Positions 24,180 to 37,500 of a stretch of DNA of 64,000 nt are shown here, in pieces. The notes beneath the pieces were generated by a model. That model made no database searches and was not told the DNA's origin. It saw only the letters and a program-made list of their open reading frames with translations. The first letter of the stretch is position 1. Each line of letters starts with the position of its first letter. The position numbers and the translations under genes are program-made. Origin of the DNA: Botryllus schlosseri (Eukaryota); contig CM119377.1 in the NCBI GenBank assembly GCA_051294905.1, positions 3,844,001 through 3,908,000 of the forward strand, in the 5' to 3' direction.

Positions 24180-26690
24180 CCAGATAGCAAGCAGTCATCA
24201 GCTGTCAAATCTATTGAGTATCAAAACTGAGCAAAGCTCGAAATCTTTTCCTAATACCAAATGCTCTCTCGAATTCAGCTGGACTCTGCCTGTGCTCGGT
24301 GGAGCACGACTTGAGTTTGAGATAGAGACGTGTCTCTGAATACCGTGGGCTAACTCAAGGCGTTAACCATTCCCTTTTTTACGGTTTGGCCGTGAATATA
24401 TTGTAGAAATTGCGATGTGGGCATATTTGGTGCCTGAATTCATAATTCCAACTGTAATATATAGCACTGTTATAAGAAGGAAATCATGTTCTAGCGCCGT
24501 ATGGCTTCATCGTTGGCTGCGTAGGCTATTCCCAAATCGGTGGACATTTTTCGTCAGAAAGGTTTGCGATGGATTCGCGAAATCGGTTAACGTTATATTT
24601 TATCATTTAATATCAAACGTAGCATATGGATATGTAGAAACGAATGGAGGATGAATGTTACCGAAAAACCACACAAGCTGTAGTCTACAATAGCGATCTT
24701 CCAATCCTAACAAAAACCGAATCCTCGGCGATGCGGACAAATGCAATGATGGTAGATGACCTGGTGCTTTATGAATGTACGCAATATTAGATCATTGCAA
24801 TACAGTTGATAAAACCGTCCGTCGCTGTGTATGGCGGAAATATCAACAACGCGGTACCAATACCCATCATCAGTAATCCAATAAATAGCTTGTGCTTATG
24901 CCTGAAGTCTGATGATTCATTATTTGAAAATATTTGCTTCGGCTACTACGGTATGCCAAATAGTAATGTTATTGATCGGTGTTATTTCGTCTATACATCC
25001 TGCGTATAATTCTAATATAATGTGTTGACGTAATTGAAGGCAATACTAGGCAACCAACATCACATCTAAACCCGCGGATTGCCAGATCGCGAGCAATTAA
25101 CAAAACCGCAGACGTCTGCAAGCAGTCATCAAGCTGTGAAATCTATCGAGTAAATACTCGAAACCGAGCAACGCTCGAAATCCTAACCGAATACGAAACG
25201 CTCTCTCGAATCGAGCTGGACTCGGCCTTTGCTCCGTTGAGCGCGACTTGAGTTTGCAACAGGGACGTGTCTCTGAATTAGTGCTTAAACTCATTTTGCG
25301 TCAACATTGCGTAAGAATCTGTATTCAGAAAGCGAGCCGAGAGAACGGGGCCCGTATTCAAGAAACCTTACTCAGTGCTCAAACTCATTTTGCGTCAACA
25401 TTGCGTAAGAATCGGTATTCAGAAAGCGAAGCGAGAGAACGAATTTGAGTTCGACTGGAGTCGAACTTGGCGCTCTTTTGAGCTCTACTTTTGTGGTTAT
25501 GGTATTAAATGACGACCTGAGGTTGGAGTCGATCTCGAAATGCGGCGTTTCAGCAAGCGTTTTCCGAGTCAAGCCGTGGGCAGACTCAAGGCCTTACTCA
25601 TTCCCTTTTTTACGGTTTGGCCCTGAATATATTGCAGAAATTGCGCTGTGAAGCATGTTTGGTGCCTGAATTCACAATTTCAACTGTAATATATAGCACC
25701 GTTATAAGAAGGAAGTCATGTTCTAGCGCCGTATGGCTTCATCGTTGGCTGCGTAGGCTATTCCCAAATCGGCGGACATTTTCATCAGAAGGTTTCCGAT
25801 GGATTCGCAAAATCGGTTAATTCCTCACAACGCTCTATTTTTTCACTTAATATAAAACGTAGCATCGGGATATGTAGAAACGAATGGTGGATGAATGTTA
25901 CTGAAAAACCGCACACAAGCTGTTGTCTGCAATAGCGATCCTCCAATCCTAGCAAGAACCGAATCCTCGGCGATGCGTACAAATGCACGACACGATGGTA
26001 GATGACCTGGCGCTTTACGAATGTACGGAATGTTAGATCACAGCAATGCAGTTGATAAAACCGCCCGTCCCTGTGTATGGCGAAAATATCAACAACGCGG
26101 TATCAATAGCCATCAACAGTAATCCAATAAATAGCTTAATTGTGCTTATGCCTGAAAACTTCAGGATGAAGTCTGATGTTTCATTATTTGAAAATATTTG
26201 CTTTGGCTACTACAGTATGTCAAATAGTCATGTTATTGAGCGGTGTTATTTCGTCTATACATCCGGCGTATAATTCTAATATAATGTGTTGACGTAATTG
26301 AAGGCAATACTAGGCAACCAACATCACATCCAAACCCGCGGATTGCCAGATCGCGAGCAATTAACAAAACCGCAGATGTCTGCAAGCAGTCATCAAGCTG
26401 TCTAATCTATCGAGTAAAGACTCGAAACCGAGCAACGCTCGAAATCCTACCCGAATACCAAACGATCTCTCGAATCGAGCTTGACTCAGCCTTTGCTCCG
26501 TCGAGCACGACTTGAGTTTGAGATAGAGACGTGTCGTGTTTCTGAATACGGGCCCGGGTCTGAGTTCGACTGCAGTCGAACGAGTCGACTGCAGTCGAAC
26601 TTAGAGGTCTTTCGAGTTGTACTTTTGTGGTTATGGTATTCAATGACGGTCTGAGGTTGGACTCGATCTCAAAATGTGACTTTAGAGCGC
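24180..26690. repeat. Tandem duplication of a ~1.2-kb unit (about two copies, with a thrice-repeated ~150-bp module)
   Basis: 24345-25115 matches 25570-26380; the gcaagcagtcatcaagctgt module occurs at ~24186, ~25118 and ~26382; local 65-bp duplication at 25280/25375. Confidence 0.85.
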
Positions 26691-29600
26691 CCACATACTC
26701 GGGTACGGGGTGGTTATCAAGTTTGAAGACGAGATGGCCCTCATTCGTAATTCCTACTTAGATATTTGAATGGTCACAGTGCATATATATTGATGTATAC
26801 GAAATAAAGTGTACCGAAGTAAAATTTCATACGTGGATTCCATTTCCTTGTTACAGAAAAAAATGTAGAGAAAGTAAGGCCTATCATTATTAGTTCATCG
26901 TGGTTATAGTGTAGGTCATCGGAAAGGGCATATGGCGGGCCAATAATGAGCTGCTATCTATAATTCAACATTTACAAAAAATTGTCGTTAGCACCAACGT
27001 AAATTACTATATAAATTACGGCGGAGATATGCGAAATAACATCAAACACAACTATACCAATTTGGGTGGTTGGGAAAGTTGCTGATGTTGGCCACGCAGA
27101 TGTGATAACTATGCAGCATGTAGGTAGCCTAACCTCAAAAGAAAGCTAAAACTGCGTCAGGTGAAAGTATAGGAAAATGACTCGAAAATCATTCATTACA
27201 CAATGTAACAAAAATTTAGTTGAGCCGATTTTTTGATATTCCCTATACCATATATTCCTTAGTAAAACATGTTTCTGGCATTTATTTGCCTCAAGTGTCG
27301 TTTAAAAATGTCATTTTAAGCTTTTTAAACTGCCCACACTATGTTTTTCAAGCTCCTTTATTGAAATTCCTATAAACTGTGACGTCACATTGATCCATCA
27401 TTAGTTGGTTGTCATCTTCTCAGTCTCAGTTGGTAAATATATTGGCTACAACAAGCAATCTCAAATTCCTTTTCGTTATGTTCTGATTGTGGATCTGGTG
27501 CGTACAATCTCATCATTAATGTCAATATCACAATGTATTCTGCCTGCTGGCCGATTTTGATATATCTGCGATCTGTATATCAGTTTGAAACAAAGTTAAG
27601 CACAAAATATAGATAGAATTAAAGGGTTTTTTACTTAACTTTATTATGGCATGAAGTTGGGGACAAAGATAAAAACTGGGCATTTCATGTAATCTGCGAA
27701 ACATGCGGATGAAATATGGATGGATGGCAAAGGGGTGATCAGCATTAAATGCCATTTGTTATTAAAGAAGCTGAAGGGAAATTCGAAACCTTATAGATGA
27801 CTGTTATTTCTGTATAGGTGACATTCTAAGATTCAGAATAACTAAAAAATGACTTGACATTGCATATCCTTCTATGCTATCTCTATACCTCTCCGTACAC
27901 TCTATACCTGTTCCGTATTGCAGTAAGATTTCACTGCCCAAACTATCAGTTAAAAAAAAGCTCCAGAAGACTCAACAGGGCTGCTACATAAAATGACTCC
28001 AATGACGACTTCAACATCTCCCATATGGATATAAACCCAAAACCACACATTCCTAACCAACACGAACGTGATGATTTAGTCGGGACTCACTAATTTTAAT
28101 GCGGAAATTCTGACTCCAAGCTTGAAACTTGGAAACGATGTCCTTCGTCGAGAAAAGGGCATGAACGATTTTTACGGTATTCCATAATACCAGCAGATAG
28201 ACCCAAATCATGCAAACAAAACCACTTCGGAAAATTTATGAAGTGTTTCCATCCTTTTATAATCTATGGTATACCATAGCCTAGCATAGGCTATAGCCAC
28301 TATTTGTGCATATTCCTTCGTTTTGTTAGTGGAATTATGCGTTATTACAGGGCAATTTTGAGTAAAACGAGAAATCACAAAAAGTGAGATTTCTCAAAAG
28401 ACTAGTGACACTTCAAAAGCAATTTTTACATTTTAGTGATTGGTTTGGAACAGCAAAACACAATACATAATTTTTTTACCCAAATAAAATTTTGCAAAAT
28501 TTTGTTACATAGTGTTATTTTTGGTCCATAATAACCTTTTCATTAGCGTTTTCTTACCTCCAATAAAGAATTATTGTGATTAATAGGGAGCAATTATGAG
28601 TAAAATCAAAAATTAGAGAAATCGACATTTCTTTAAAATTTGGGACACACTTCAGGAAAATTTTTGTATTTTGGAAATTAGATTGGAATACTAAAACATA
28701 ATACATAAATTTTTTTAGCCAACTAAAAATTTTGTTACATGGTATTATCAAGTTCAAATGTAGTTTCAAAAGATTGTACATTGTACAAAACTTATGTATA
28801 TACCTCATGTTCACACCATCCCTAGTAGCTTGTAGCTTGCGAACAGCATTCTAGTTTTTAAAACTTTACGTTAGCACAACGCGGCGCTGAATAATGGGCG
28901 ATGCTCATGGTTATCTCAAAATAATTAATACTTTATTGAAGTAGTACAAATACCAGCAATATCATGATCATATTGATTAATAACGCCTTTTTATTTTGAA
29001 CTATGAGCTGCGCACGATACCTGACAACGCTTTCCAGCGACTAATGAATCGATATTGGGGCTAACCAGACATGTTACTTTGAAAGACTATAATCTTATCC
29101 TAAAGATTGATTGGGAGCCACTGGTCTAGGCGAAGGTGGGTGTTTTATTCCAAAGACTGCTCCATGTAGTTTCGATACCTTCCTATATTCTCATTGTATC
29201 GCAATTTTTTCTGGTGTATTGAACTGATCAAAATTGTTGATAAATCGAACTTGTCTTGAGCTTGTCTTGTTGTTGCCATCGCCGAAGCCGGTTTAGCTAG
29301 TGTGGAATACTGTTGTTGGGCACAGGCGCATAGCTTATTTTGAAACAACAACACTAATTTGAAACTGAAATCAATTCTATCATTTCAAAATGCTTTATTT
29401 CGCGTTCTTCCAAAATTACAAATCAGATCGCCGACCGCGATTGCGGTGACTCCTGGTATAGCACAAAACCAACCAAGCTTGCTGGAATGCTGGTGTATAC
29501 AGACGTTTACCAATTTCATGGTTATCGGAATGCACTGTGATTAGATTTTTGCTGTATTAATTTTTCATTCACACTTTCATTCAATTTCCATGTTTTTGCC

Positions 29601-31303
29601 AATTCAGTATAATTCTAATTCTAATCTAATTTGGAAAAGCTGAAAATTTTCTAGTTGTCCAAGTCTGCTGTGAGGTGTACAAGCGAAAGAAATGTATTTA
29701 GTAGAGATCTTCAGCGCCAATAAGCCAATGTAGCGCCACATATGCTGCTTGATACCTTGAATATCGGAAAGGTATCTTGCTTCATATAGATTTTCCGATC
29801 GCTGCCCAAGAAGATTGAATTTCCCGCGCCTGGAAGCTACCTTTGTTTTGCGCAACGAGATTAGTAACAGAAATCCTGTCGGCAGTATAACAGAACGAAT
29901 TGTTAGGAACGTATTGTCATCAGCACGTACGATCGCGACTCATGGACGGAAGTTGACAAAACCGACGCCTGCGGTATGCGATAACAAACCTATAGCTATC
30001 CAATATACGGCCCTTTATTTATTCATGTAATCCGATATACGAAACTGGTCGAGTTGACCATACCACTTTCTAGCGATACAGGTCTTATCAGAATACAGGC
30101 AACCTTCCATTTTTCGTATGGGCCTATTACAAATGGTTTACAATTGAATGATATATTCATATTGTATATTAAAGTTCCGTATCAGTTTATGAATAGGACT
30201 GCATTTATCATGTCTCAAAACATTACGAGACTGTGATACAATGTAAAGATAGGAAGGTGTCGAATCACGACTTGGAGTTATACAGTCTTTGGACTCGGAC
30301 ATCTAGTTCTGTACCAGAATGAGTCTCTGGAAATGATTTGCGACGGAGCTAAACAACATATATGCTGGGCGATTTCCTATTTTTGATGCCACAGTTAGGT
30401 CTACCTATTGCAAACAATTGGTGTATGTTATTTTGTTGATTACCTGCTATTTAACAATTATTCATCACGCTCATGCACCCTACATGAAGTCTTCCGATTA
30501 CGTCAAAAAGATATAATAACAAAGACGATGATCGCAGCGTGTAGCACTTCGCATATGGCGTAACTATCAGGCTGCAACTTAACAAAAGAAGTATTCCGTG
30601 AAAGCTTGTGTGTGAACGAGTGCGGGATACGATCAAGAAGTCTCAGCCACCACCTTTATCACCTATAAAACAATCTCATCGGTGAAATAGCGATAATCTC
30701 CCGCGGCTTCCGCCGTGAATAATGCGCAAGCATCGCGATGCCAATTCGCATTCACATTCCTGAACAGTTCGGCTTGACATATTGAATGCTGCATTGAGAA
30801 TAAATGACGGGGTTCGCAGCATGAGAACCAGCGGGATCATTTTAGGGGCGCGTCGTCATCAAAAATTGTGAGGCGATGTCATATTTTGTATGAGCAGTGC
30901 ATTCATGAAATGGGATATAATTCTACACAATATAGATGCCGATGATAGATACGATTGACAAAAGTCTCAACTCTCATATAGCCTAATATCAGAGTAGAGA
31001 GGATCCGATATTTTAAAATCCAAATCCTCTGTGGAGTTGCACCCCGCACTAAAGCTCAACGTCACTTCAAATCCGTATGATGTGCTTATTCTATATCCTG
31101 TCAATATAAAAGTATACTGACTTCAATCCGCTAGAAAGTGAGATGGAAATTTATTATGATTCAAAGTCCGTAAATCCTAATCCAAACTCTGGTCCATCCC
31201 AAAGTGGGTGGTTGATTGAAAGACTCCTACTCGTTTCGACTCATTCCTATCTCTTCATTTTATCGCGATCTTGTGTTAGTTTGAGTTGATGAAGTTAGTA
31301 CTA

Positions 31304-32254
31304 GGGGTAGAGTGGGGTAAAACGCCTTGGCGAGGTAAGACGCCCACCATCAATATCACAGAACAAAGCGAGCATTGAATGCGTCACAGTATCGCAAATA
31401 TCGCCCAATGGTCAGACGAAACTGTCACTTTGATTTCCACACCAGGCTGAAGATTTGTAATGTTTTAAGAGATTTTATGACTTTTACACATATTCTTACC
31501 AAAAGATAGCCTTTTACAATCAAGTGAAATGTCATATTTAACGGATGCTACAGAAACTTTTCCGGTTCTATTTATGCTTTCACTACGCGTAGTTGGATTT
31601 AAGCCACGGTCCGAAGATGAATTTAAAGAATAACCACCTGGTAACTGATCCACAAACAATGGCGACCTTGAGGCTAAAATGCCTATACCCCACCCTTGGG
31701 GTAAAACGCCCCACCCATTTAGTCCAGTAAATGTTGACTGAGTATAGTCGTTTATGGGTTCATCAAGGATGCTTTCTCGCGGAACACCATTCCTATCGAA
31801 ATTGCTATTCAGCTGTGGAATATAGACTATCCCTCCGACGAAATAAGATATATCTCAAGAACTTCCGACTTGTTTTTTGATTTTCATAATCAGTTGGCAT
31901 TTCTGGATGAAATTTGTTTTCAAAAGATCCGGTACGCCATGATGAGGCGGAGAAGCATATATAGGGATTATATATTTACCGGTTACTGAGTGGCATACTT
32001 TATTTAGTAGGCTATAACGGGGTGAAAGCCTGTGGAGGCGTTTTGCCCCACCCATTTAACAAAACGTCAAATTGGTGGACATAGATGAATGATAATTTTA
32101 CATATGATAATTGATACTTGGACTTTTCATACGATCGTGGCAGAGTGGGGACGATATCTCGCGCGCAAATTCCGAAATTCAACTCGTTTCGACCAGTTTG
32201 GTGGATATTATGACGTTTCCCGCTTAGGGTAGGCGCGCTGCCCCACTCTACCCC
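31304..32254. mobile_element. Probable Tc1/mariner-pogo-type non-autonomous element
   Basis: GGGGTAGAGTGGGG...CCCCACTCTACCCC termini; TA on the left flank; internal GGGGTAAAACGCC repeats. Confidence 0.6.
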
Positions 32255-33138
32255 CACAGCTGAACAATAAACTGAGTTTCACACAAATCCAAGGTATAAA
32301 TTCGATTAATATCCGGTCAAAACCTTCAGTCTACTTTTTAAAATCCAAATCGGTGTTGAGAGGATGCGTTCGGAATATATTTCGGCCCAATCGCTTGACG
32401 TGGATTTCAATTGAAGCAGGTGTAGTGTAGGTGCTATCCGCGTGTGATTTTCCGTCCAAAATGGCAGATAGATATAGCAGTGGAGAAATAGCCTGTTGGT
32501 GTAACGAGGCGAATTGCAATTCTTGTCATCAATGGTTGCGGGAAAATACAATTTGTAATGTTTGTATAATGTCTACAACTCAAATATTCTATATAATTTC
32601 AATTTACGACTCGAGTCTTTAAGCAAACTATCGATGAAACAGATATAATCAATGTGTAACGGCATCTGTAATTCGTTGACGTTGCAAAATGGAGTCAACA
32701 CCCAGTGCAATCTGGTGTTCACGGTTCATTAGATGAGTTGAATTTTTGAAATGGCGCCAAATCGATCAACGTATTTGGCGCTGCATTTGGCGACTGATTA
32801 ACCACGAGATACTCTCAAAATAAGCAATCCCCGCGAGTTCATGTAATCATTGAAATCGTCAAATATTGTAAACAGATCTTCTTAGCGATGGGTCATGGAA
32901 TTTAACGCCCGTTAGGCGAGCTCATGTATGTTTACTTGGTAGTCAATGTTTCAGTTTTGCCTGAACAGCGTTATGCCCATTGACCCAACAATCAGTACGA
33001 TATTCAAACAAAAAGGACGCCTATAAGTCATACAAGAAACTAAATAAAAGGTTGTACCAACAAAAGTGCCGCGAGAGAGGACGCGCTTTGCTGTCCGGGA
33101 GACGTGCGCGTTACACGAAGCTGTGAAAACAATAGTAT

Positions 33139-33208
33139 CACGTGATCATCCGCCGATTTGATTGGACGCCGGGTCTCGCGGGTTATTTAATTTAAAAAGC
33201 GTTTCAAA
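33139..33208 (+). promoter_or_regulatory. Putative cyclin A promoter: E-box, inverted CCAAT, CDE/CHR-like elements
   Basis: CACGTG 33139-33144; ATTGG 33161-33165; TCGCGGGTTATTTAAT from 33176; TTTAAA 33191-33196; TTCAAA (reverse TTTGAA) 33203-33208. Confidence 0.45.
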
Positions 33209-34583
33209 TGACTTCCATTCGAGAGCCGCGAGAATACATCTTTCTTCTATACATTTACATGAAGGCCGTTGAGTAGCTATGCCATCTGACTCACTAAGGA
33301 AACAAAATATCTTTAGCGTCAGTAACTAGGCGTTGTAAGGATTTGTAACTATTGCTGAAGCAAAGTGAAGTAGACGCTGGTTTTGTTGTAGTGACAATGT
33401 TTTCTGTCGGTATCTTGGATACACAACTGAAATTGTGTTTTTTCCAATTTCAGCTACAAAATTTATACTTTATCATTGCCTGTATGGTAGCTGTCAATGA
33501 AGGCGTGTATTCATCGTGCTGAGCCGGATCCCTTTTGCGTTTATCCCCCACTCCGGATAGGACAGTGACCCTGTTGGTGACGCGATAATCATCATTGATC
33601 AGAGAAGCGGGTAATTCAAATCAGCGTGGAAGCTTCGCAGTAGATAGTTTGTGGGTTTTTCGTCAACCATTCACTCACGAAAACGATTGGAAGGCGGAAG
33701 AAATTTTAGTGTGAAGAACTGTTGAACATCTTCTATCGAGGAGGCATCAATTTTTATTTCGTTACTCGGGGAATGTTGGAAAAAGCGATGGGTCTCTGAG
33801 CTGGACATTGAGCTTCATCTGACGATTTGCCGATATCTTCGTTGGCATTTTATGCTTGAACAACCGGTTTGGATACAAAGAATCAGGAATTTTACTATTT
33901 TAAAGGTAAGGGCGTTGGCTGTTTCTCAGGTGAAGACCTCTGTGTCTCTATAATCAGGTTCACTTATAGTGCAATTACTGCAGTAAGACCATAGCTGTTC
34001 CTTTATTGTTGGTATTTTCACATATTGGGAACTCAAAAGTGCAAGGTATATGAGCGTAACTTGTCTTCATCGCCACTAATTTGTATAGTGTGATGCTGCT
34101 GTAAAAGCTCTGCTGTGTTCAGTGAATCAAATCAATTTTGTTCTGGATCAACTTTATTTATAAATCAGTCATTATAGCAGGAGCAGCAGGCCGGCAGACT
34201 CTCTTAACTACACTCTTCATATTTGTTGTTTTAAATTGAGGCTGGAATCAAGTATACTATTAACAGGATCATGCTTGTAAAAAACAGCATAGTAAAGCCT
34301 GGCTCCTGAATCATGCCTAAATACTTGATCCGTTTTTTCAGGCCTGCAACTGAATTCAACATGAATTGCATTTGATGCTGCAAGCTGTTGTCAGGAATTA
34401 TGCGTTAAATTGCATTTGTTCATTGAGTTACACCTGATTATTTTGAAAATCCAAGCCATCACTATAGCTTTGCTGGTCAATAGGAAGTCGCTTATAATTC
34501 TTGGTCGAATAATACTCGGCTATATCTAAGCTCATTCTGATTATTAAAATGTCTCTTGCAGATTTTAATCAAGATAGAAGTAT

Positions 34584-37500
34584 ATGATGTTGTCTCAAAA
34601 TAATGCGCAACAAGAAAACCAGGCTTTACCGCCTGGTAAAGCAGGAGAAAATGCTCGTCCTCAGCGCATGGTGCTTGGTGAACTTAACCAGAACGTAATG
34701 GGGGCGAGGGTACAACCTTTTAGAGCTGCCAAGCAGGTAAGAGGTGTACGTACGTCTCTCGGAAACTGTACTTACTTTGCAATGTTGGTTTTCACAGAAC
34801 GCAACAACTGAAGGGTTTTTTAATACCAAATCACAGGCCACAGATTTTAAGGTGAGAATAGTTTTGAACTGACATTTTCCACAGTATAGTACATTTCAAG
34901 TTCGAGTTTTAAGTGATATGATTGTCTGTTTGTAAAATAATTTGTAAATTATTTTCGACAGTAGAGTAAAACAATTGAAGGTAGAATGAAGCAATATGAT
35001 CGTCTTTTTTCCACAGTACAGCACCATAGTTACCGGTACCCCTGAATATGTAGATAATATATTATCCTGCAGAATTCATACCTTCACCAAGTTTGCGGTC
35101 TTCAAATTGTTCTGTGGGGCATTTTCCAAGGTAGACTAATATAGTTACTTGTGGATATGTAGGTATTATATTAATATTGAATTTACTTCCATGCCATAAT
35201 GAACCTTGCCTTTGACCTGATCCTCTTTCGTATGTTCCACAGTGTGAACAATGCGCCATTCATGGTTTTCATACGCAGATATATGATGAAACTGCCCATG
35301 ACCGTGTCACTGAAAAGGCTCCGCAAATACCTAAATCTGAGAAGCCGAGTTTACCAGCGGCACTGACAGCCTTGCCGTCTGCCAGGTTACCACTATCCAC
35401 TCTGGAGTTATCCGGCCCTCATGGTGAGTTCTTGGATTGCCAATATCCTTGGAAGTGTGTGAAATATCGCTCGTGTTTCAGATTCGCCTATGGTGTTGGA
35501 TACCTCAGACAGCTCGGAACAATCTGCTGATATTGATGTGGAATCGTCATTGTACGGTGTTGCTGAATACGCTGATGAAATCTTCGCACACTTGCGGGTT
35601 GCCGAGGTGAGATTACATCTGGTTATCGTTAGTCAATGGCATGATAAGCTATAATTTGAATCATCCATGTTTGATTAGCTTCTTGGAGGTAGATGTCCAA
35701 GCAGTCAATTTCACAAGTCAGGGGTAATCGTCGGCAACTAGTAGAGAATTGAAAATAACATTGTGTATCAGCAATTGTATCACCAAATGTGATGTCGCCT
35801 GCATGGCAATTTGCACAATTGAGAAGATCAATTATTTGAATTGTCATGCTGTTTCAGGCTTGACGATGTGATTGTTCTTATACAAATACTATGTTATTTT
35901 TAATTGTATCAGTTGCTGACGATAACCCCTGGGAGTGACGATTGTCGGCCAAACATATCTGGGCCTATTCCGATCTGAATATATACAATTGTGTATATCA
36001 AAGTTATGTACCTCCTCTTGATGTTACAGCGTAGTTCATTGTTGCTTGATCTGTGATAATTCCAGGTCATTGTCGTGCAGGATGTCTGTTAATTTGGAGA
36101 TTTGTTCAGCCTTTCCTTTCGTATTACAGAGGCGCACTCGTCCTAAAGCCAACTACATGAGGAAGCAGCAAGACATCACAGCGAACATGAGAACGATATT
36201 GGTCGACTGGCTGATAGAGGTGTCTGAAGAATACAAACTCCACACGGAAACGACCCACCTCGCAGTGAACTATATAGACCGATTTTTATCATTAATGGCC
36301 GTCATGAAAGTCAAGCTGCAGCTTGTAGGGACAGCTGCAATGTTTTTAGCAGCGTGAGTATATTTCCTTGCGTGTGTCATTCGTTGGGATTGTAGTGGTA
36401 CTGGTACATTCACATGTTTCGGGGTCCATACATCTTTGATTCAAGTCTCAAACTTGCTCTGTATGGAATTTGAGTACAGTATCTGGTGACTGGTTGATAC
36501 AGGTGGATTATGCTTCAATCGTATATTGTGATTCGTTGGTACATTCGCATGCTTTCATGTCCATAATGTCATTGATCAATATCAAAAGTTGGTCTGTATC
36601 TGGTCACAGGTTAATATTGAGTGAAATTTGCTTTGATCATTGGATATAGTGCTTGCTAAGTAGGAGATTTGGGAATAATCTGGTGACTTGGTTGATATTA
36701 GATGTAATTTGCTTCAATCATAGTAATATAGATATCGTTTGGTAGATTCACACGTTTCAACATGTCTTTGATATCAAATGTATTATGCTCTATTCATCGG
36801 ATAGAGTGATCGGTTGATTTGTAATGGTGGATATGTACAGTTTACACTGAGCCGGTGGAGCTGTATGCCGCGCGCAGGTTTTTATTGATATGTGACTTGA
36901 GATGTGGACTGAATCGAAACACTGCTTATCCTGTGGCAAAATGGAAGGTTTCTAATCTGTATTGTATTCACAGTAAATTTGAAGAAATATACCCCCCTGA
37001 TGTCGGCGAATTTGTATACATCACCGACGACACGTACACGAAAAAACAAGTTCTCAGGATGGAACATTTGATATTGAAAGTGTTGAAGTTTGATGTGGCC
37101 GTTCCCACTTCCAATCAGTTCCTGGCGCGGTTCCTCAAGTCCGCCAACGCGGATAAGAAGACAGAAATGCTTGCTTCAGTAAGTGTAGTCTGATTGAGGA
37201 AAGACGCTAATGATTACTTTGCCTCGCACCGTTTGCAGTTTGGAAACTCCGGTATCATTATATTGCCTATCCCATCCATTTTGTTCAGCTGATAGCAGAC
37301 AGTGTAGATCAGTGGTTCCCAACCCAACCCCTGTATCAAACTCTATCCCCCTCATATTTTCGGATCCGAGAAAGGGGACATGTAAATAGGGAAATTTGTA
37401 CTACAGCTTATGTAAATTGACTGAAGAAATGTCACTTTTCGTGGCGATTCCTGAAAATTGTTGTATCTTGTGATATTTTGCAGCGGGTTGACCATATTTT

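Noticed and set aside
29100-30100. Short ORFs suggesting an unannotated gene
   Set aside because: No recognisable motif and no consistent splice chain could be built.
35073-35130. Extra 58-nt cyclin A exon (possible poison exon)
   Set aside because: The donor GTAGAC is weak, it would shift the frame, and the gene is complete without it. There is no evidence of use.
35925-35965. Hammerhead ribozyme in the cyclin A intron copy; also CTGATGA at 58618
   Set aside because: The core boxes are broken in the intron copy (CTGGGA, CAAA). At 58618 there is no stem and GAAA arrangement.
36360-36850. Degenerate ~100-bp repeats in a cyclin A intron; AGTAGA-rich repeats at 45490-45700 and 57480-57620; (GA)n at 18868 and 59135
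   Set aside because: Real but ordinary decayed repeats and microsatellites with no further structure.
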